From the NCBI GenBank assembly GCA_944390835.1, contig CALXQT010000014.1:1-37527 (forward strand): a stretch of 37,527 nt of DNA, in the 5' to 3' direction. This DNA comes from an uncultured Alphaproteobacteria bacterium (lineage in GTDB: Bacteria; Pseudomonadota; Alphaproteobacteria; Rs-D84). How positions within the stretch are numbered: the stretch's first letter is position 1; each line of letters starts with the position of its first letter. Both the position numbers and the translations under genes were made by a program. Positions 36,080-37,527 of the stretch are shown in pieces. Below the pieces are notes generated by a model. That model saw nothing but the letters and a program-made list of their open reading frames with translations. It ran no database searches and was not told where the DNA came from.

Positions 36080-36676
36080 ATGGAAAAAATACGTCAAAAA
36101 ATAAAAACGAAAGAATTTAAAAACGTTATGTATGCTGTATGTATAGCGGCGTTGTTGGGTTGGATCGTTTTTAGGTTTACAGCAATTGGTTCAGAAAATG
36201 CACTTGCTGTATTTAATCAATCTCGCTATGCCGCTGATGTTGGTGCACCAGTATACGCGATTGAAATGAAACGTGAATCTGGGATTTTACGTGAACCAAT
36301 AGAAGTAAAAAATAATCGTGCATTGGTATCTTCTGCTCGTGTAGGAAAGTTACGGTCTGGACAGAAAGTTGGTGATGGAAAAATAGTTTCTGTTTCGAAA
36401 GATATAGATCTGAATACAGGTATGCATGTTGTGCAAACAAAGAATGTTGATGATGGTTTACAGTATGCTTTGTATCAGACAGATGGTTACTTCGTTCCTT
36501 TATATGCGATAAATGGAGATACTGTCATGATTTCTGAAAATGGTATCGCCACACCGCGAAAAATATCTATTGTTCGTCAAGATGCTCAAAATGCATTAAT
36601 TGACGGACTGAAAGATGGTGATGTCGTTGTGCTATCAAAGGTAGATGCTGGCGCAAAAGTTCAAATAAAAAAATAG
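36080..36676 (+). CDS. Short periplasmic adaptor (membrane fusion protein-like) of the RND system
   Basis: Lies between TolC and the RND gene; N-terminal TM; motifs SGQKV, GKIVSVSKDID, VPLYAI and GLKDGDVVV; only 198 aa. Confidence 0.7.
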   Translation: MEKIRQKIKTKEFKNVMYAVCIAALLGWIVFRFTAIGSENALAVFNQSRYAADVGAPVYAIEMKRESGILREPIEVKNNRALVSSARVGKLRSGQKVGDGKIVSVSKDIDLNTGMHVVQTKNVDDGLQYALYQTDGYFVPLYAINGDTVMISENGIATPRKISIVRQDAQNALIDGLKDGDVVVLSKVDAGAKVQIKK

Positions 36677-36697
36677 ACCTTTGGATGGAGTTTTAAA

Positions 36698-37527
36698 ATG
36701 TTAAAGTTTTTCGTACGCAGACCTGTTACAACTGTAATGTTCGTATTGTTTTGGGTGGTCTTGGGATTCGTATCTTTCCCGGCCATGAATATAGAGCGCA
36801 CTCCAGCTGTTGATTTTCCAATGGTTACAGCAACCTTTATTTATCCTGGGGCCGCGTCATCAGAAATAGAATCACAGGTTATAAAGCGCGCAGAGGATGC
36901 TATATCAGAAGTTTCCGAATTAAAAAAATTAACTTCCCAGGCTTTTGAAAACGGTGGCTATGTTATGGCGGAATTTAACCTTGGGGTTGATGTTAATGAT
37001 AAAGCAACGGAAGTTAAAACCAAGCTAGATTCGCTATTGTCAGAATTTCCAAGTGATATGGAACAACCTGTTGTAGAACGTTTAAATCCGTTAGAGGAAT
37101 CTGTTATAGATATTGCAATAAGTGGTTCAGATTTACGTGACCTACAAGAATATGTTGATGATACTTTATCTAATAAAATTACTGGTATTACAGGTGTGGC
37201 AAGTGTCAGTGTTTTCGGCGGAGAAACGCGGGCCATTCGTATAGAATTGAATCCGGAATCTTTGGCTGCACGTGGTGCAACAATTATGGACGTTGTCGCT
37301 GCATTAGGTACGCACAATATGAATATCCCAGGTGGAAAAATTGAATTTGGTACGGATTCTTCAAACGTCAGATTTATAGGTGAATTTAGTAGTGTGGATG
37401 AAATTGCTAATTTACAACTGACCACGGCAGAAGGTCAACGATTTAAATTGAGCGACATCGCAACAGTTACAGATGCGGCACGTGATATTGAAAATGGTGC
37501 ACGTTATAATGGAAAAAATGTAATTAT
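36698..37527 (+). CDS. AcrB/AcrD/AcrF-family RND efflux transporter (partial, runs off the window)
   Basis: My manual translation begins MLKFFVRRPVTTVMFVLFWVVLG...PAVDFPMVTATFIYPGAASSEIESQV, a typical RND N-terminus; SD GGAG. Confidence 0.92.
   Translation, partial: MLKFFVRRPVTTVMFVLFWVVLGFVSFPAMNIERTPAVDFPMVTATFIYPGAASSEIESQVIKRAEDAISEVSELKKLTSQAFENGGYVMAEFNLGVDVNDKATEVKTKLDSLLSEFPSDMEQPVVERLNPLEESVIDIAISGSDLRDLQEYVDDTLSNKITGITGVASVSVFGGETRAIRIELNPESLAARGATIMDVVAALGTHNMNIPGGKIEFGTDSSNVRFIGEFSSVDEIANLQLTTAEGQRFKLSDIATVTDAARDIENGARYNGKNVI

Noticed and set aside
998-37425. Numerous antisense or nested ORFs in the track (e.g. 998..1414, 8198..8839, 15257..15706, 26865..27275, 31806..32204, 36958..37425)
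   Set aside because: They overlap well-supported genes on the other strand or frame and show no recognisable motifs; they are shadow ORFs.
1-37527. Alternative genetic code or programmed frameshifts
   Set aside because: Conserved genes are full length under code 11, and TAA, TAG and TGA all serve as stops.

Overview
Gene-dense, low-GC chromosomal window using the standard genetic code, from a compact-genome, probably host-associated alphaproteobacterium. The taxon is inferred from L27, Cys-free L31, GyrA and SuhB sequence style. It resembles uncultured gut lineages such as Rs-D84/'Enterousia', but I have not verified this. Housekeeping genes are rplU, rpmA, dnaQ, uvrD/pcrA, rpmE, suhB-like, mrcA, mraY, ftsW, murG, comF, acyl-ACP thioesterase, rpmH (missed by the ORF track), gyrA, a MerR-like regulator, tRNA-Glu(CTC), tRNA-Gln(TTG) and a MarR-TolC-adaptor-RND efflux operon cut by the window end. 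The main oddities are: (1) an isolated array of five divergent VirB6/TrbL-like membrane paralogs with no other vir gene; (2) two large paralogous secreted Cys-rich proteins with Ser/Thr/Arg 'V(V)SR' repeat tails, a motif shared with an OmpA-like protein; (3) a SuhB lacking its catalytic motifs; (4) a 198-aa RND adaptor apparently lacking its lipoyl and alpha-hairpin domains; (5) many -10 boxes 7-11 nt from the start codon, suggesting near-leaderless mRNAs; (6) orphan AT-rich ORFs with Gln/Lys tails. I saw no integrase, transposase, CRISPR array or rRNA. All calls come from visual motif recognition; no database search was run.
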